Notes under the pieces: model-generated | Seen by the model: the letters and a program-made list of their open reading frames with translations, nothing else | Told to the model about the DNA's origin: nothing | Database searches by the model: none | Origin: an uncultured cyanobacterium | GTDB lineage: Bacteria > Cyanobacteriota > Cyanobacteriia > Cyanobacteriales > Cyanobacteriaceae | DNA: 64,000 nucleotides | Direction of reading: 5' to 3' | Assembly: GCA_963710605.1 (NCBI GenBank) | Contig: CAVQBA010000004.1 | Span: 928,001 to 992,000, forward strand | Part shown: positions 9,251-20,073 of the stretch, piece after piece | How the letters are laid out: each line of letters begins with the position of its first letter | How positions within the stretch are numbered: the first letter of the stretch is position 1 | Translations under genes and position numbers: made by a program

Positions 9251-10267
9251 ATGACTTCTATGCAATCAAATTTATCTGTTTCCTATCCTTTAATTAGTGT
9301 CGCTCCGATGATGGATTATACCGATCGACATTTTCGTTATGTTATCCGTCAGATGACTAAAAAAGCTTTACTTTATACTGAGATGATTACCACTCAGGCA
9401 ATTATACATGGCGATCGTCATAAGTTATTAGATTTTTCACCGGAAGAGAAACCCGTCGCTTTACAACTAGGAGGCGATAACCCTGAAGATTTAGCCCTTT
9501 GTGCCAAAATTGGTGAAGACTGGGGTTACGACGAAATCAACCTTAATATTGGTTGCCCTAGTGCGAGGGTACAAAATGGCAATTTTGGGGCTTGTTTAAT
9601 GGCAGAACCTGAAAAAGTTGCTCAATGCACAGAAGCGATGCAAAGTCAAGTTAATATTCCTGTGACGGTTAAGCATCGTATCGGGATTGACAATCAAGAT
9701 CGATATGAAGACATGACACGCTTTGTTGAGATAGTTTCAAATGCAGGTTGTCAACGTTTTATTGTTCATGCACGTAAGGCATGGTTACAAGGATTAAGCC
9801 CTAAACAAAATAGAGACGTACCTCCTTTACGTTACTCGGATGTTTATCAGCTTAAACAAGATTATCCCCATCTAAATATTGAGATTAATGGTGGTATTGT
9901 TGATTTATCTCAAGCTCAAACCCATTTACAATTTGTCGATGGGGTGATGATTGGTAGGGCGGCTTATGATAATCCTTATATTTTCGCTTCAATTGATCAA
10001 CAAATATACGGTGAAGATACACCTATTTTAACTAGAGAAGAAATAGTGCGATCGCTTTATCCTTACATTGACTTTTGGGCTAGTCGTCATGTAAAGTTAA
10101 ACACGATTATGAGACATCTGTTACAAATTTTTGCAAGGCAAGCAGGAAGTAGAGTATGGAAAAGATATTTATCTGAAAATGGTAATGGTTTTAATCTCGG
10201 CTCAGAAGTAGTCGAAGAAGCTCTTAAAGCAAGACACGAAGCACATTTATCTTACTCTATTCGGTAG
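9251..10267 (+). CDS. dusA: tRNA-dihydrouridine(20/20a) synthase
   Basis: SVAPMMDYTDRH, NLNIGCPS, VHARKAWLQGLSPKQNR. Confidence 0.93.
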   Translation: MTSMQSNLSVSYPLISVAPMMDYTDRHFRYVIRQMTKKALLYTEMITTQAIIHGDRHKLLDFSPEEKPVALQLGGDNPEDLALCAKIGEDWGYDEINLNIGCPSARVQNGNFGACLMAEPEKVAQCTEAMQSQVNIPVTVKHRIGIDNQDRYEDMTRFVEIVSNAGCQRFIVHARKAWLQGLSPKQNRDVPPLRYSDVYQLKQDYPHLNIEINGGIVDLSQAQTHLQFVDGVMIGRAAYDNPYIFASIDQQIYGEDTPILTREEIVRSLYPYIDFWASRHVKLNTIMRHLLQIFARQAGSRVWKRYLSENGNGFNLGSEVVEEALKARHEAHLSYSIR

Positions 10268-10347
10268 TTGATTGTAATTCTAACATCTTTTAAATCGCTC
10301 ATTAATCAATTTATCCGACGATTACTAATTATAATCTTTTAATAGAT

Positions 10348-11097
10348 ATGAGAATACAAGATCCCCGTCGCAAAAGAGAATTAACTAAACTACTAGAACA
10401 ATTGGGGATTGAGAATATTACCTCAGTCAAATGGGATTTATTAGATATTGCTTTAACTCATCAAAGTGTTTCTTCTAAATACAACTACGAGCAGTTAGAA
10501 TTTGTCGGTGATTCTGTAGTCCGTCTAGCTTGTGCCGAATTATTATTAGAAGTGTATCCTGAACTTCCTGTGGGTGATTTTGCCGCTATTCGATCGATTT
10601 TAGTTAGTGATATGTTTTTAGCTGAAATAGCCAGAGAATATGGATTTGAAAGATATTTACTGATGAGTACGGGGGTAAAAAACGATCGTGGTGGTAAAGC
10701 TTCTCGTTTAGCTGATGCTTTTGAAGCAGTTTTAGGTGCTTTATACGAAAGTACCAAAGATATGAGTTTAGTACGTCCTTGGCTCGATCCTATTTTACAA
10801 GAAAAGGCAGTTCAAGTAAAAGCTGACCCGACACGTCAAAATTATAAAGATGCTTTACAAGAATGGAGTCAAAGAGAATATAAAATGTTACCCATTTATA
10901 AGGTTAGTCAAAACAAAAATCCCGAAAATAATAACCGTCACGATCGTTTTATCGCTCAAGTTTGGTTAGTTGATAATTTTTTAGGAGAAGGAAAAGGGGC
11001 AAGTAAAAAAGCCTCCGAACAAGCGGCGGCTAAAGAAGCTTACGATAAAATTCAAGCTAATTCTTTACTAATCTTTTTCGATAATACCGCCACCTAA
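10348..11097 (+). CDS. rnc: Ribonuclease III
   Basis: [16 protein letters not shown], ds[11 protein letters not shown]...GxGxSKKxxEQxAA. Confidence 0.92.
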   Translation: MRIQDPRRKRELTKLLEQLGIENITSVKWDLLDIALTHQSVSSKYNYEQLEFVGDSVVRLACAELLLEVYPELPVGDFAAIRSILVSDMFLAEIAREYGFERYLLMSTGVKNDRGGKASRLADAFEAVLGALYESTKDMSLVRPWLDPILQEKAVQVKADPTRQNYKDALQEWSQREYKMLPIYKVSQNKNPENNNRHDRFIAQVWLVDNFLGEGKGASKKASEQAAAKEAYDKIQANSLLIFFDNTAT

Positions 11098-12120
11098 AAG
11101 CAAATCACCATGATAAAGTACTGCCCCTTGCCCTGGGGTAACCCCAAATTGTGAATCAGAGAAAATTAATTTTATTCGATTGTCTGCTAAAGGAATCACA
11201 TCAACAGTCTCGGGTTTAGAGCGGTATCTTACTTTTACTTGTGCTTGAATTGGATGATGAGGCTCAGGGATAGATACCCAATTCATCCGAGAGACAAAAC
11301 ATTCTTTTTTACCACCTTCATCTCTAGTTGCTACAATCACTTTATTCATCACAGGATCTAGTTTAACGACATATAAAGGCTCTGAATAGGCTATTTTTAA
11401 GCCTTTGCGTTGCCCGATCGTATAGTGATGTACTCCTTGGTGTTCACCTAAAACATTCCCTTCTAAATCAATAATTTCGCCTTGTTTGGGGGTGATATAT
11501 TTATCCAAAAATTCTGCCATCGAGCCATGAGATTCAATTAAACATAAATCTTGGCTTTCTGGTTTGTCAGCGGTTTTTAATTCAAATTGTGCCGCCATTT
11601 TTCGGGTTTCGGTTTTGGTATGATTACCAAGAGGAAAAACAAGATGTGATAATAATTCTTGAGTTAAATCGTATAAAAAGTAAGACTGATCTTTATTTTT
11701 GTCAACTGCTTTTAACAATTCGTAGCGATCGTTTTCTGGGTTATATTGAACCCTAGCATAATGCCCTGTAGCAATTTTATCAATACCTAACTTTTCTTGA
11801 GCATAAGCCAACATCGGCGGAAACTTAACCGTACGATTACATTGAGAGCATGGTAGAGGAGTAACCCCTGTTTCGTATCCAGAGACTAAATAATCAATAA
11901 TATGGGTTTGAAACAATTCACGGGTATCAACAACATGATGAGGAATATCTAACTGCTCACAAATAACAGCCGCATCCACCATGCCTTCTGAGCAACATTG
12001 CCCTTTTCCTTTCATTAACCACAAAGTCAAACCTTCAACGTGATAACCTTGCTCGTGTAAACTTGCCGCCGCAACCGAACTATCGACTCCGCCCGACAAT
12101 CCAACTACAACTTTATTCAT
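11068..12120 (-). CDS. mnmA: tRNA 2-thiouridine(34) synthase
   Basis: SGGVDS PP-loop, [24 protein letters not shown]. Confidence 0.95.
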   Translation of the reverse strand: MNKVVVGLSGGVDSSVAAASLHEQGYHVEGLTLWLMKGKGQCCSEGMVDAAVICEQLDIPHHVVDTRELFQTHIIDYLVSGYETGVTPLPCSQCNRTVKFPPMLAYAQEKLGIDKIATGHYARVQYNPENDRYELLKAVDKNKDQSYFLYDLTQELLSHLVFPLGNHTKTETRKMAAQFELKTADKPESQDLCLIESHGSMAEFLDKYITPKQGEIIDLEGNVLGEHQGVHHYTIGQRKGLKIAYSEPLYVVKLDPVMNKVIVATRDEGGKKECFVSRMNWVSIPEPHHPIQAQVKVRYRSKPETVDVIPLADNRIKLIFSDSQFGVTPGQGAVLYHGDLLLGGGIIEKD

Positions 12121-12355
12121 GGATTCTCAAATTAAGAAATAAAATAACAACTAGATTGAAACTTATTGGTAATTGACAAATCATAATTAACCCTAACAGT
12201 CTAGTTAACAAGACAATTACCTATTTTTTTATAAACTCAGAATTCAGAACTGATTCACTGATGAAGAGCTTAACCTTTTATAATTATACTCAAAATAAAT
12301 GAATAATGAATAATGAATAATGAATAATTAGTAATTAATAATATTTTTTACTTTT

Positions 12356-12384
12356 GTACAGACGTTTTGCCAAAACGTCTCTTC
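12356..12384. repeat. REP-like palindrome (GTA.AGACGTT..AACGTCTC); a related element lies at ~19966-19997
   Basis: Inverted repeat AGACGTTTTG/CAAAACGTCT. Confidence 0.5.
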
Positions 12385-12409
12385 CTCCTCAATTGTCAAT
12401 TGTCAATTG

Positions 12410-13192
12410 TTAATTGTCAATTATTCGATCGAGCATCATTTTTCGTCCTCGATTGGCTAAGGTATCATCTAAAGGAGTTAGAGTAATTTTTTCTTGATAC
12501 TTATGTTCGATCGCTTTAACTATTAACCAATCAGCTAAAAAAGGATTTTTCGGTAACAAGGCGCCATGAGCGTAAGTTGCGATCGCATTTTGGAAAAAAG
12601 CACCTTCAAAACCATCTTCACCATTGTTACCATAACCACTCACCACTTTACCTAAGGGCGAAACATCACCTAAATATGTTCTACCACCATGGTTTTCAAA
12701 ACCAACTACTGTCGGTAATTCATTCAACATAGCTTTTAAGTCTTCAGCCAAAGGAGAAGCCACGATATCAAAAGCGACATTACCAATACAACGAGAAGTT
12801 TCTACCCCCGGATGTTTAGTCACCAAATCAAGGATTCCTAAGCCATCAATCCTCTGCCCTAAGGCGGGTTCGTAATATTTACCTAATAGTTGCGGTGAGC
12901 CACAAGTAAATACCCCCGGTGTACCGTTTGTGAGTTTTTCTTTCATTATTTGGGCTTTTTTTCCTTGCAAATCACGCATGACAATTTCTTGTTGTCTATC
13001 TTGTGCACCGCCACCAACGACGATATCAAACTGGGCAAACTCATCTGCATCTGTTTGTTGATCTAAGGGTAAAATAGAGACATCTAAGCCACGCCATTGG
13101 CATCTTCTTTGTAAACAAATAACGTTTCCTCGATCGCCATACGTACTCATTAATTGAGGATAAAGCCAACCTATTTTTAATTCCATAGTCAT
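12410..13192 (-). CDS. CobQ/GatD-like type 1 glutamine amidotransferase
   Basis: YGDRGN, GGGAQDRQQ, CGS nucleophile, GFENH, TYAHG. Confidence 0.88.
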   Translation of the reverse strand: MTMELKIGWLYPQLMSTYGDRGNVICLQRRCQWRGLDVSILPLDQQTDADEFAQFDIVVGGGAQDRQQEIVMRDLQGKKAQIMKEKLTNGTPGVFTCGSPQLLGKYYEPALGQRIDGLGILDLVTKHPGVETSRCIGNVAFDIVASPLAEDLKAMLNELPTVVGFENHGGRTYLGDVSPLGKVVSGYGNNGEDGFEGAFFQNAIATYAHGALLPKNPFLADWLIVKAIEHKYQEKITLTPLDDTLANRGRKMMLDRIIDN

Positions 13193-13322
13193 GATAGTTA
13201 AAAGTTAAGAGTTTTTCATAGCTATAAGCTATAAGCCTGACATTCTCCAATATCTGTATCAGGATTTTACCTGATTATAGGATTAACAGGATTATTTTTC
13301 GATCGATTAAGATTAGAATAAT

Positions 13323-13475
13323 TATAGTAATTCTTGGTTAAATGAAGTACAAACTAATCCCCCTAAATCCACAGGGCTTACAAGCACCTGAAATAAATTC
13401 AGGTGACAGCCCTTCCCCTTTGTAAGGGGGACTTGCCAATTTTAAATTTACCTCATAATTAAGATAAATGCTATA
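13323..13475 (+). mobile_element. TATAG...CTATA-bounded mini element with CCCCCTAAATCC/AAGGGGGACTT core and nested 39-bp hairpin insert (13374-13412)
   Basis: Shares ends and core with copies at 25045, 30592, 39255, 50405, 53470. Confidence 0.65.
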
Positions 13476-13502
13476 TTAATTATTAACTATTAATTATCAT
13501 CT

Positions 13503-14198
13503 ATGTCCGAAAAACCAGTAGAAAAAACTAAAAGTAATTTTGACTTACTTGCTGAGGAATCTTTAAAGCGTGGCTCACCTTCAGGTTGGTTTGATACACT
13601 ATATCAACAAGCCCAAAATGACCCAAATAAAGTGCCTTGGGCAAAAATGCAACCTCATCCTTTTTTTCAGGATTGGTTAGATAATCATGGGCAATCGCTC
13701 GAAAACAAAGATGCTTCTATTTTAGTTATCGGTTGTGGATTAGGTGATGATGCTCAAGCTTTAGCTGATTTAGGTTTTACTAATATTACTGCTTTTGATA
13801 TTTCTGGTGAGGCGATTAGTTGGTGTCAAAAACGTTTTCCTGATTCGGATGTTAATTACATGGTTGCTGATTTATTTGATTTAGATTCAAATTGGCAAAA
13901 TAAGTTTGACTTTGTTTATGAATGTCGTAATATTCAGGCATTACCATTAGATGTAAGAAGTCAGATCATTAATAATATAGCGAATTTGGTTGCTCCTGAA
14001 GGTATTTTGCTGGTAATCGATCGTCTTCGTGATCGGAGCGAAAAAAACCCTTTTGGACCACCTTGGGCTTTGTCTGATGAAGAATTTGATTTATTTGTTA
14101 AGTTTGGTTTACAACAAATTCAGATAGATACTTTTAAAGAAGGGGAAAATGAAGAAGTGACTACTTTAAGAATTCAATATCAAAACGATAAAAAATAA
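13503..14198 (+). CDS. Class I SAM-dependent methyltransferase (TPMT-like)
   Basis: LVIGCGLGDDA, AFDIS, GPPWAL. Confidence 0.85.
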   Translation: MSEKPVEKTKSNFDLLAEESLKRGSPSGWFDTLYQQAQNDPNKVPWAKMQPHPFFQDWLDNHGQSLENKDASILVIGCGLGDDAQALADLGFTNITAFDISGEAISWCQKRFPDSDVNYMVADLFDLDSNWQNKFDFVYECRNIQALPLDVRSQIINNIANLVAPEGILLVIDRLRDRSEKNPFGPPWALSDEEFDLFVKFGLQQIQIDTFKEGENEEVTTLRIQYQNDKK

Positions 14199-14262
14199 AA
14201 GATAACGAATAACAATCTTGTTTCAAATCTGTGAAAATAATAGTTAAAACAATTATTAATTA

Positions 14263-14814
14263 TCACGGTAAATTATCTCGAAAACAAATAGCACAAACTC
14301 CCCAACGTTTTAACTCCCCCTCAGGGCAAGATGTATGACAATTAGGGCAACTATGCCAAGTAGAAGTCCGATTTTTAATCTGCTCAAACCATTTTTCTAA
14401 AGCTTCTGTCGGTGTTTCGCTTTTTTCTAAGGAAGAAGAATTGACACCTGAATCAGCAATTAAGCTAGGATGTTTTTCTTGTCGGGTATCATCTTCCATA
14501 TTTATAGTAACTAGATGATTGTTATACCAAGACATCGAAGCAAAATGTAAATCTTTAATCGGTTTTTCTGTACGACGATTAATTTTAACAATTAAACCAC
14601 GTCTTTGTAAGCTCAATTCTTGAGCCCATACAGCATTAGAAGTCGCAACGTATAAAGTATCGTTTTTAACTGAAACAGGACGAGTATGTTGTGTTACCTT
14701 ATGATTAGCAATCTCATACCAGCATTTTTTTAATTCATAATATCTTCTTTGTTTCTCCCATTGTGGTTGAGACAAAATTACTTGTAATAATTTATCTAAA
14801 GAATTGAATGACAT
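14263..14814 (-). CDS. DUF721/DciA family protein with C-terminal Zn ribbon
   Basis: W.EI.....HTRP......LYVATSNAVWAQEL; CPNC...CAIC. Confidence 0.8.
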   Translation of the reverse strand: MSFNSLDKLLQVILSQPQWEKQRRYYELKKCWYEIANHKVTQHTRPVSVKNDTLYVATSNAVWAQELSLQRRGLIVKINRRTEKPIKDLHFASMSWYNNHLVTINMEDDTRQEKHPSLIADSGVNSSSLEKSETPTEALEKWFEQIKNRTSTWHSCPNCHTSCPEGELKRWGVCAICFRDNLP

Positions 14815-14821
14815 AATTTTT

Positions 14822-15673
14822 ATGAATCAAAACAATATTTCTGTTCATCCTATAATAATAAAAACGATCGAAAATTTAGATTTGGATTTACAATCAGAAT
14901 TGAGTCAATTTGAAGATAGTCGTTTACACAACACAGCTTTAATTACTCAGGCATCTAATCAAAATAACATGATAGATGGTAATGATGAAGATGTTTATGT
15001 TGTCTATCAATCAGCTACTTTAGAAACTAAGTCAACTACTGAAAATGAAAATCTAGTCTCAGTTTCTACGACTCAAATCAATCCAGAAGAGAATGTTCTC
15101 GATCGCCGCGTAGCGCCGGCTTTGCCCGATCGTATCTTAACACCTTGGGGAATATTTGGGATCATCTTTTTTATCACCGCTAATATTTTAATTATTTTCC
15201 ATTTAGATAATCAAAATTTGGTTAAACAAAACAAGATTGCAGTCTCAACTAATTCTTCTCTCAATCAAAATAAAATTGCTGAAAATTCAACATCATCAAC
15301 TGAAGAAGTCTTAGAAACGACTATACCTTCTCCTTATCCTGATTTAAAAACAGCATTGTTTGCCCAAATCGATCAACAAAATTCTAACACTTCAACTCAG
15401 CAACAAACTAATTCTGACAACACTTCTGTTAAACCAGTATCCAAAACTAATCAGAGCAATTCTTCAACAAACTCTTATCATATCATTAGTAACTATAAAG
15501 ATATGAACCAGTTTAATAAAATCAAAGAAAAAGTTCCTTCTGCTGTCATTACAACTATTGACAAAAAGATGAAGATTAGATTAGCCGTCGTACAAGACAA
15601 AACTAAAGCCAGAAAAACATCTGAGCAATTAGAAAATAAAGGAATCAATAATTATATTGAAGAATACAAGTAA
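14822..15673 (+). CDS. Hypothetical single-pass membrane protein with possible C-terminal SPOR-like domain
   Basis: LDLDLQSEL N-terminus, LTPWGI TM segment, low-complexity linker; ATG at 14822 preferred. Confidence 0.6.
   Translation: MNQNNISVHPIIIKTIENLDLDLQSELSQFEDSRLHNTALITQASNQNNMIDGNDEDVYVVYQSATLETKSTTENENLVSVSTTQINPEENVLDRRVAPALPDRILTPWGIFGIIFFITANILIIFHLDNQNLVKQNKIAVSTNSSLNQNKIAENSTSSTEEVLETTIPSPYPDLKTALFAQIDQQNSNTSTQQQTNSDNTSVKPVSKTNQSNSSTNSYHIISNYKDMNQFNKIKEKVPSAVITTIDKKMKIRLAVVQDKTKARKTSEQLENKGINNYIEEYK
15100..15132. repeat. SDR5-like 21-nt GC-rich insert between duplicated CGATCG (HIP1 core), in frame
   Basis: CGATCG-CCGCGTAGCGCCGGCTTTGCC-CGATCG. Confidence 0.7.
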
Positions 15674-16030
15674 ATTCAACTGCTAAAATTGATAATGACA
15701 AATAAGCCATTGTTTACTTGAAGATAATTGATTTGTTGATTAAATTTTTGTTGAACAGTAAAATGCTAAAAAAAAGGATATTAGTAATGTAATTACGTCT
15801 GTCTTTGAATTAATTTCGTGATAAATTATAAAAAAGTAATCTCAATCTTATAATTAGTGTAATCTGAAAAAAACGAATGTTTTAGTTCTAGTAGGAATAC
15901 GAATGTCTTTAACCATTAATAATTTTTGGTCATTTTGACTGTATTCTCAATATGAGGTTAAATATCAATTATTTTTTATTGACAAATTGATTTTAGAAAA
16001 TTAAGATATTCGATCGATTGAAATTAATGA

Positions 16031-16810
16031 TTAGATAGTAGCCGCACTTACGTTGCTACTTCTTTGAACAATAAATTGAGGATAATTACTTGTTTGAGTA
16101 CTTGAATTTTCATTAGTAATAAAATTAATGAAATCTTGTGTATTAGGGAAACAATCAATAGAAGAATGAATGATTTTTCCTTGTTTTAAAGCAATACGAT
16201 TACAAACAACTTGTTCAAATTTAGTTTTACTATTTATTTGCCAATCTTCAATGATAATAGCATCTAAATTAGATCCACTGAAGTTAGTATTGTGAGCATT
16301 AACATCCGTCAAATCAGCTTTTTTAAAGTCAGCATAGGTTAAAACTGCACTTTCTAGATTAGCTTCCATAAAATTAGCACCACAAAAAATACCTTTGCTT
16401 AAATTAGCAAAACGTAAATCTACTGTAATAAAATACGATTCTGAGCAATTAGCGTTGTGAAAATTTGCTCCTGACAAATTAGCCCTTGAAAAATCGGCTT
16501 CCATAAAGTAAGCACCATTAAAATCGGTATCTTGTAGATTCGCACGGCTTAAATTAGCATCTCTACCAAAAGCAGAAGAAAAATTAGCCCTAAATAAATC
16601 AGCCTTTACTAAATTAGTATTACTTAAAGTTGTCTGGCTCAAATTAGCTTGTTTTAAATTTGCTCCTTTTAAGTTAAATTTACTTAAATTTAAACCCGTT
16701 AAATTAGCGTTACTTAAATCAGGAATAATCTGAGGGTTATTTTTTCTCCAAGAATTCCAATCTTGAACAGATAAAGTCGTGACATATTCTAAATGCTGTT
16801 TGTTTGCCAT
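16031..16810 (-). CDS. Pentapeptide repeat protein
   Basis: MAN.QHL...WN.WR..NP...PDLS start followed by A(D/N)LXX repeats. Confidence 0.9.
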   Translation of the reverse strand: MANKQHLEYVTTLSVQDWNSWRKNNPQIIPDLSNANLTGLNLSKFNLKGANLKQANLSQTTLSNTNLVKADLFRANFSSAFGRDANLSRANLQDTDFNGAYFMEADFSRANLSGANFHNANCSESYFITVDLRFANLSKGIFCGANFMEANLESAVLTYADFKKADLTDVNAHNTNFSGSNLDAIIIEDWQINSKTKFEQVVCNRIALKQGKIIHSSIDCFPNTQDFINFITNENSSTQTSNYPQFIVQRSSNVSAATI

Positions 16811-17112
16811 CTTTAAATTCCTCAAGTAAGCTTTATAATTTCTTTATATTTATATTAGACAGTACAAATGTGTAGAAGTTGTGGAGATTTAAAAAAAAAT
16901 AAAATTATTGATTATATTACAAAATGGTTTCAAATAGTAAAATAAACTATAACAAGTTAACAAATATTTATATTTATAGTTGACAATTATTAATTTGAAT
17001 GCTTTTTCCTTAAGTATAACCATTGTCATCAGTCTAAAGTAGTAATTAATACTAGTATTTGTACTGATAAATATTGTCTTAACAAACTTTAATATAATTA
17101 ACTTAAGTAATA

Positions 17113-18000
17113 TTATGGAATAAATTGGATAATACCAGTATTACCATTAATTTTGACAAATTCACCTACGGGTAAACAAGCATTGACTCCTTCATGTCCG
17201 AAGGGTAAATTACTAATTATGGGGATATTTAAATCTTGAAAACGATCGATTAAGACTTCTTCTACTGTCAAACTAGGTACACCTTCTGGTGCATCGCTAC
17301 TACTAAATCTGCCAATGAGGATACCTTTAACTCGATTAAAAATACCCATCAATCGCCATTGAGTTAACATTCGATCGATTCTATAAGGTGCTTCACCCAC
17401 ATCTTCAAAAGCTAAAATAACGTTATCCAAATTTGGACACACAGGTGTGGATAATAAGTGAGTCGCAACGGTTAAATTAGCAGGTAATAGTCTTCCTGTG
17501 ACTGTTTCTCCTCCCCACCCTTTGCCTTGTAAATTAGCTAGGGATTCTCCTTCTAAATAATTAAATAAACGATTTAATGACCATTCTGGTTCGTTAGCGA
17601 TAGTTGTTAAAACAGGTGCATGAAGCCCAACAATATTATGGTGATACAAACTCCACAATAAAGCGGTAATATCAGAAAAACCAATCAACCATTTAGGCGG
17701 TGAAATAGATTGCCATTGCCAATCTTCGAGAATTCTTGCTCCTCCATAACCACCCCGAATACATAAAATAGCTTTATATTCAACGCTTAACCATGCGTTA
17801 TTTAACGCTCGACGACGAGTTTTATCATCTCCTGCCAGATATCCTTGTTTTGCTAAATAGTTTTCGTCTAATACGACGTTGTATCCTCTTTCTCGCCAAA
17901 TGTCCAAGCCTTGTTGCAGTTTTTCTTTTTCTTTAAGTAAACCACTAGGTGCGATCGCAATTAAGGTGTCTCCTTTTTTTAAATAAGGCGGTAGGTACAT
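17113..18000 (-). CDS. LD-carboxypeptidase (peptidase S66)
   Basis: RGGYG, IGFSDIT, ED..EAPYRIDRML, PFGH. Confidence 0.92.
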   Translation of the reverse strand: MYLPPYLKKGDTLIAIAPSGLLKEKEKLQQGLDIWRERGYNVVLDENYLAKQGYLAGDDKTRRRALNNAWLSVEYKAILCIRGGYGGARILEDWQWQSISPPKWLIGFSDITALLWSLYHHNIVGLHAPVLTTIANEPEWSLNRLFNYLEGESLANLQGKGWGGETVTGRLLPANLTVATHLLSTPVCPNLDNVILAFEDVGEAPYRIDRMLTQWRLMGIFNRVKGILIGRFSSSDAPEGVPSLTVEEVLIDRFQDLNIPIISNLPFGHEGVNACLPVGEFVKINGNTGIIQFIP

Positions 18001-18074
18001 GATAGTTAATAGTTGATAGTTAATAGTTAATAGTTAATAGTTGATAATTAAACTAACTGTTCATTGTTCATTGT

Positions 18075-18659
18075 TCATTGTTCATTGTTATCTGTTTTGT
18101 CTTCGATGATATAAAAGCGTTTTTTCTCGGAATCAAAAAAAATATTGTATTTACTTAACTCATCTCCTTTAGCTTTTAAAAAAGTATCATAACCAGCAGA
18201 TTTAATATAGTCAGTTTTTTTTAATCTTTGCCAAGTTTGATGACGAGTTAGATAGACTATTTTTTGCTTATCGGTGATTTCAACCAAAGAATATTCCTCT
18301 GATTGTATTGGTTTTGTCGGTGTAGTGGTATTACTAACTTGAGTTTTGTCTAATTTTTCGGTTGCGAGGGAAGAATTCTGCTCAATTTGTCGTTCTAGTA
18401 TTTTAATTTTATCAATTAAAGGTGCTAAAGATTGATTAATCAATAACTGTATTTTTTGCTCTAAATTGTTATCACTACTACTTTGGTTTAGTAAAAACTC
18501 TGTTACAATCGGCTGATTAGTTATACAACCATTAATTATTTTGCTGATGACGGTTTGACTACTGACTTGATTTTGCTCGCACCATTGCTCAAATTTCGCT
18601 AGTTGGTTTCGATCGAGAAAAACGGAAAATAATTCTTCTTCTGAGTGATGATTATCCAT
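18075..18659 (-). CDS. Hypothetical protein, possible N-terminal ribbon-helix-helix and coiled coil
   Basis: ORF in the same orientation as its neighbours, short gap after moaB; SVFLD...FEQWC.....SQ.VI pattern. Confidence 0.55.
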   Translation of the reverse strand: MDNHHSEEELFSVFLDRNQLAKFEQWCEQNQVSSQTVISKIINGCITNQPIVTEFLLNQSSSDNNLEQKIQLLINQSLAPLIDKIKILERQIEQNSSLATEKLDKTQVSNTTTPTKPIQSEEYSLVEITDKQKIVYLTRHQTWQRLKKTDYIKSAGYDTFLKAKGDELSKYNIFFDSEKKRFYIIEDKTDNNEQ

Positions 18660-18678
18660 CAAATATCTTCTTTTAATC

Positions 18679-19182
18679 TTAATCAGGATTAATTTGGGTT
18701 ACTAAATGATTTAATTCAGGGATAATTAACTTTTCCATCGCCAAAGAAACCGCATTTTTCGCCCCTGGTAAAGAAAAAATTATTTTATCTTGATATATTC
18801 CTGCTGTCGCCCTAGAAGCCATTGCCCTTGAGCCTATTTCTTGGTAGCTGAGAAAGCGAAATATTTCGCCAAACCCAGAAATCGTTTTTTGTAAAATAGA
18901 ATTTAAAATATCATAAGTATTATCCCTCGGAGAAATACCTGTACCACCAGAAAAAATAATTACTTTAATCAGTTTATTTTCTACTAGACTTTCGATTAAT
19001 AATTTGATTTGTTCTGGTTCATCTTTAATTATTTGATAATAAATTATGTGGTGACCAGCTCTATATAATATATCTTGAGCTAATCTACCACTATAATCAT
19101 TTTCTTGAGTCCGAGTATCACTTACAGTTATCACAGCACAATTAATCGATCGTTTTTTATGATCCTGATGAGGTATTTTCAT
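18679..19182 (-). CDS. moaB: Molybdenum cofactor biosynthesis protein B (MogA/MoaB)
   Basis: VITVSD, GGTGISPRD.T, GFGEIFR, SRA, FSLPG. Confidence 0.9.
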   Translation of the reverse strand: MKIPHQDHKKRSINCAVITVSDTRTQENDYSGRLAQDILYRAGHHIIYYQIIKDEPEQIKLLIESLVENKLIKVIIFSGGTGISPRDNTYDILNSILQKTISGFGEIFRFLSYQEIGSRAMASRATAGIYQDKIIFSLPGAKNAVSLAMEKLIIPELNHLVTQINPD

Positions 19183-19473
19183 CTCGTTTTATATGTGCCA
19201 AGTTTAAGACTGTTAATTAACTATTCTGTTCATTTTTCAAGTTACAGAATCAACTTTTGAGTAAAAAAAATAATTAACTAGACATTATTATAAATATTCA
19301 ATTTTTTTTATTAAAAATAAAACGACCCAAAATTTATACGCAAGTACAAGACTAAATTAATATAATGATCATTAATTGCTGACTACAAAACAGTAATTAC
19401 AATTAATCCTAATCTAGTAATATATTGAATATAATCTATTTAAAGTTGGACTATTGACAACTAACTAATCATC

Positions 19474-19812
19474 TTATTTTGATTTATTAAAACCCAATTC
19501 GTTTTCTTCAGCATAACGCTCCATAAAACGCATAAATCTTTCCCATTCATCCGCTGAGCGAATAATATAAGTTGCTTCTAAAGCTGTAGGCTCACCATTA
19601 ATGAATTTACAATTAACTTCTCTGGTTAATAATTCACCTTCTTCATCAATTAGGTACATCCCTGTTACTTCTTGAGTATTACCACTATCAAGAATTTCAC
19701 TTTCTTCAAAACGGAAGATAGCTTGACCATTACTGCCATCACGAGAACGAGTTAATCTAACATCAGGGATAGACTGCTCAACTATGCCTCTTGCAAATTC
19801 TATTCTTGCCAT
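19474..19812 (-). CDS. psb28: Photosystem II assembly factor Psb28
   Basis: [30 protein letters not shown]. Confidence 0.95.
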   Translation of the reverse strand: MARIEFARGIVEQSIPDVRLTRSRDGSNGQAIFRFEESEILDSGNTQEVTGMYLIDEEGELLTREVNCKFINGEPTALEATYIIRSADEWERFMRFMERYAEENELGFNKSK

Positions 19813-20073
19813 TAATATTTTTTCTTTATTAAACTACACATTCTCTATCTTCTCATATCAATGACGAATAATAAATAGATAACAGTGGACAGATAAAGTG
19901 CGAACAATGAACAGATAAAATATTTTAATTATCCTCAAAAGTGGACATTCGATACTTTAATTGATTAGAGATGGTAAGGTAACCTCACCGTCTCTCCACC
20001 GCTTTTGTTCGCAATTATCTATTATTCACTATTAACTATTTACATTCTCCATTCTCGATTATTTTTTGCCGTT

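Noticed and set aside
16860-17070. AGTAC-containing motifs as LexA boxes
   Set aside because: Only half-sites match and the spacing does not fit
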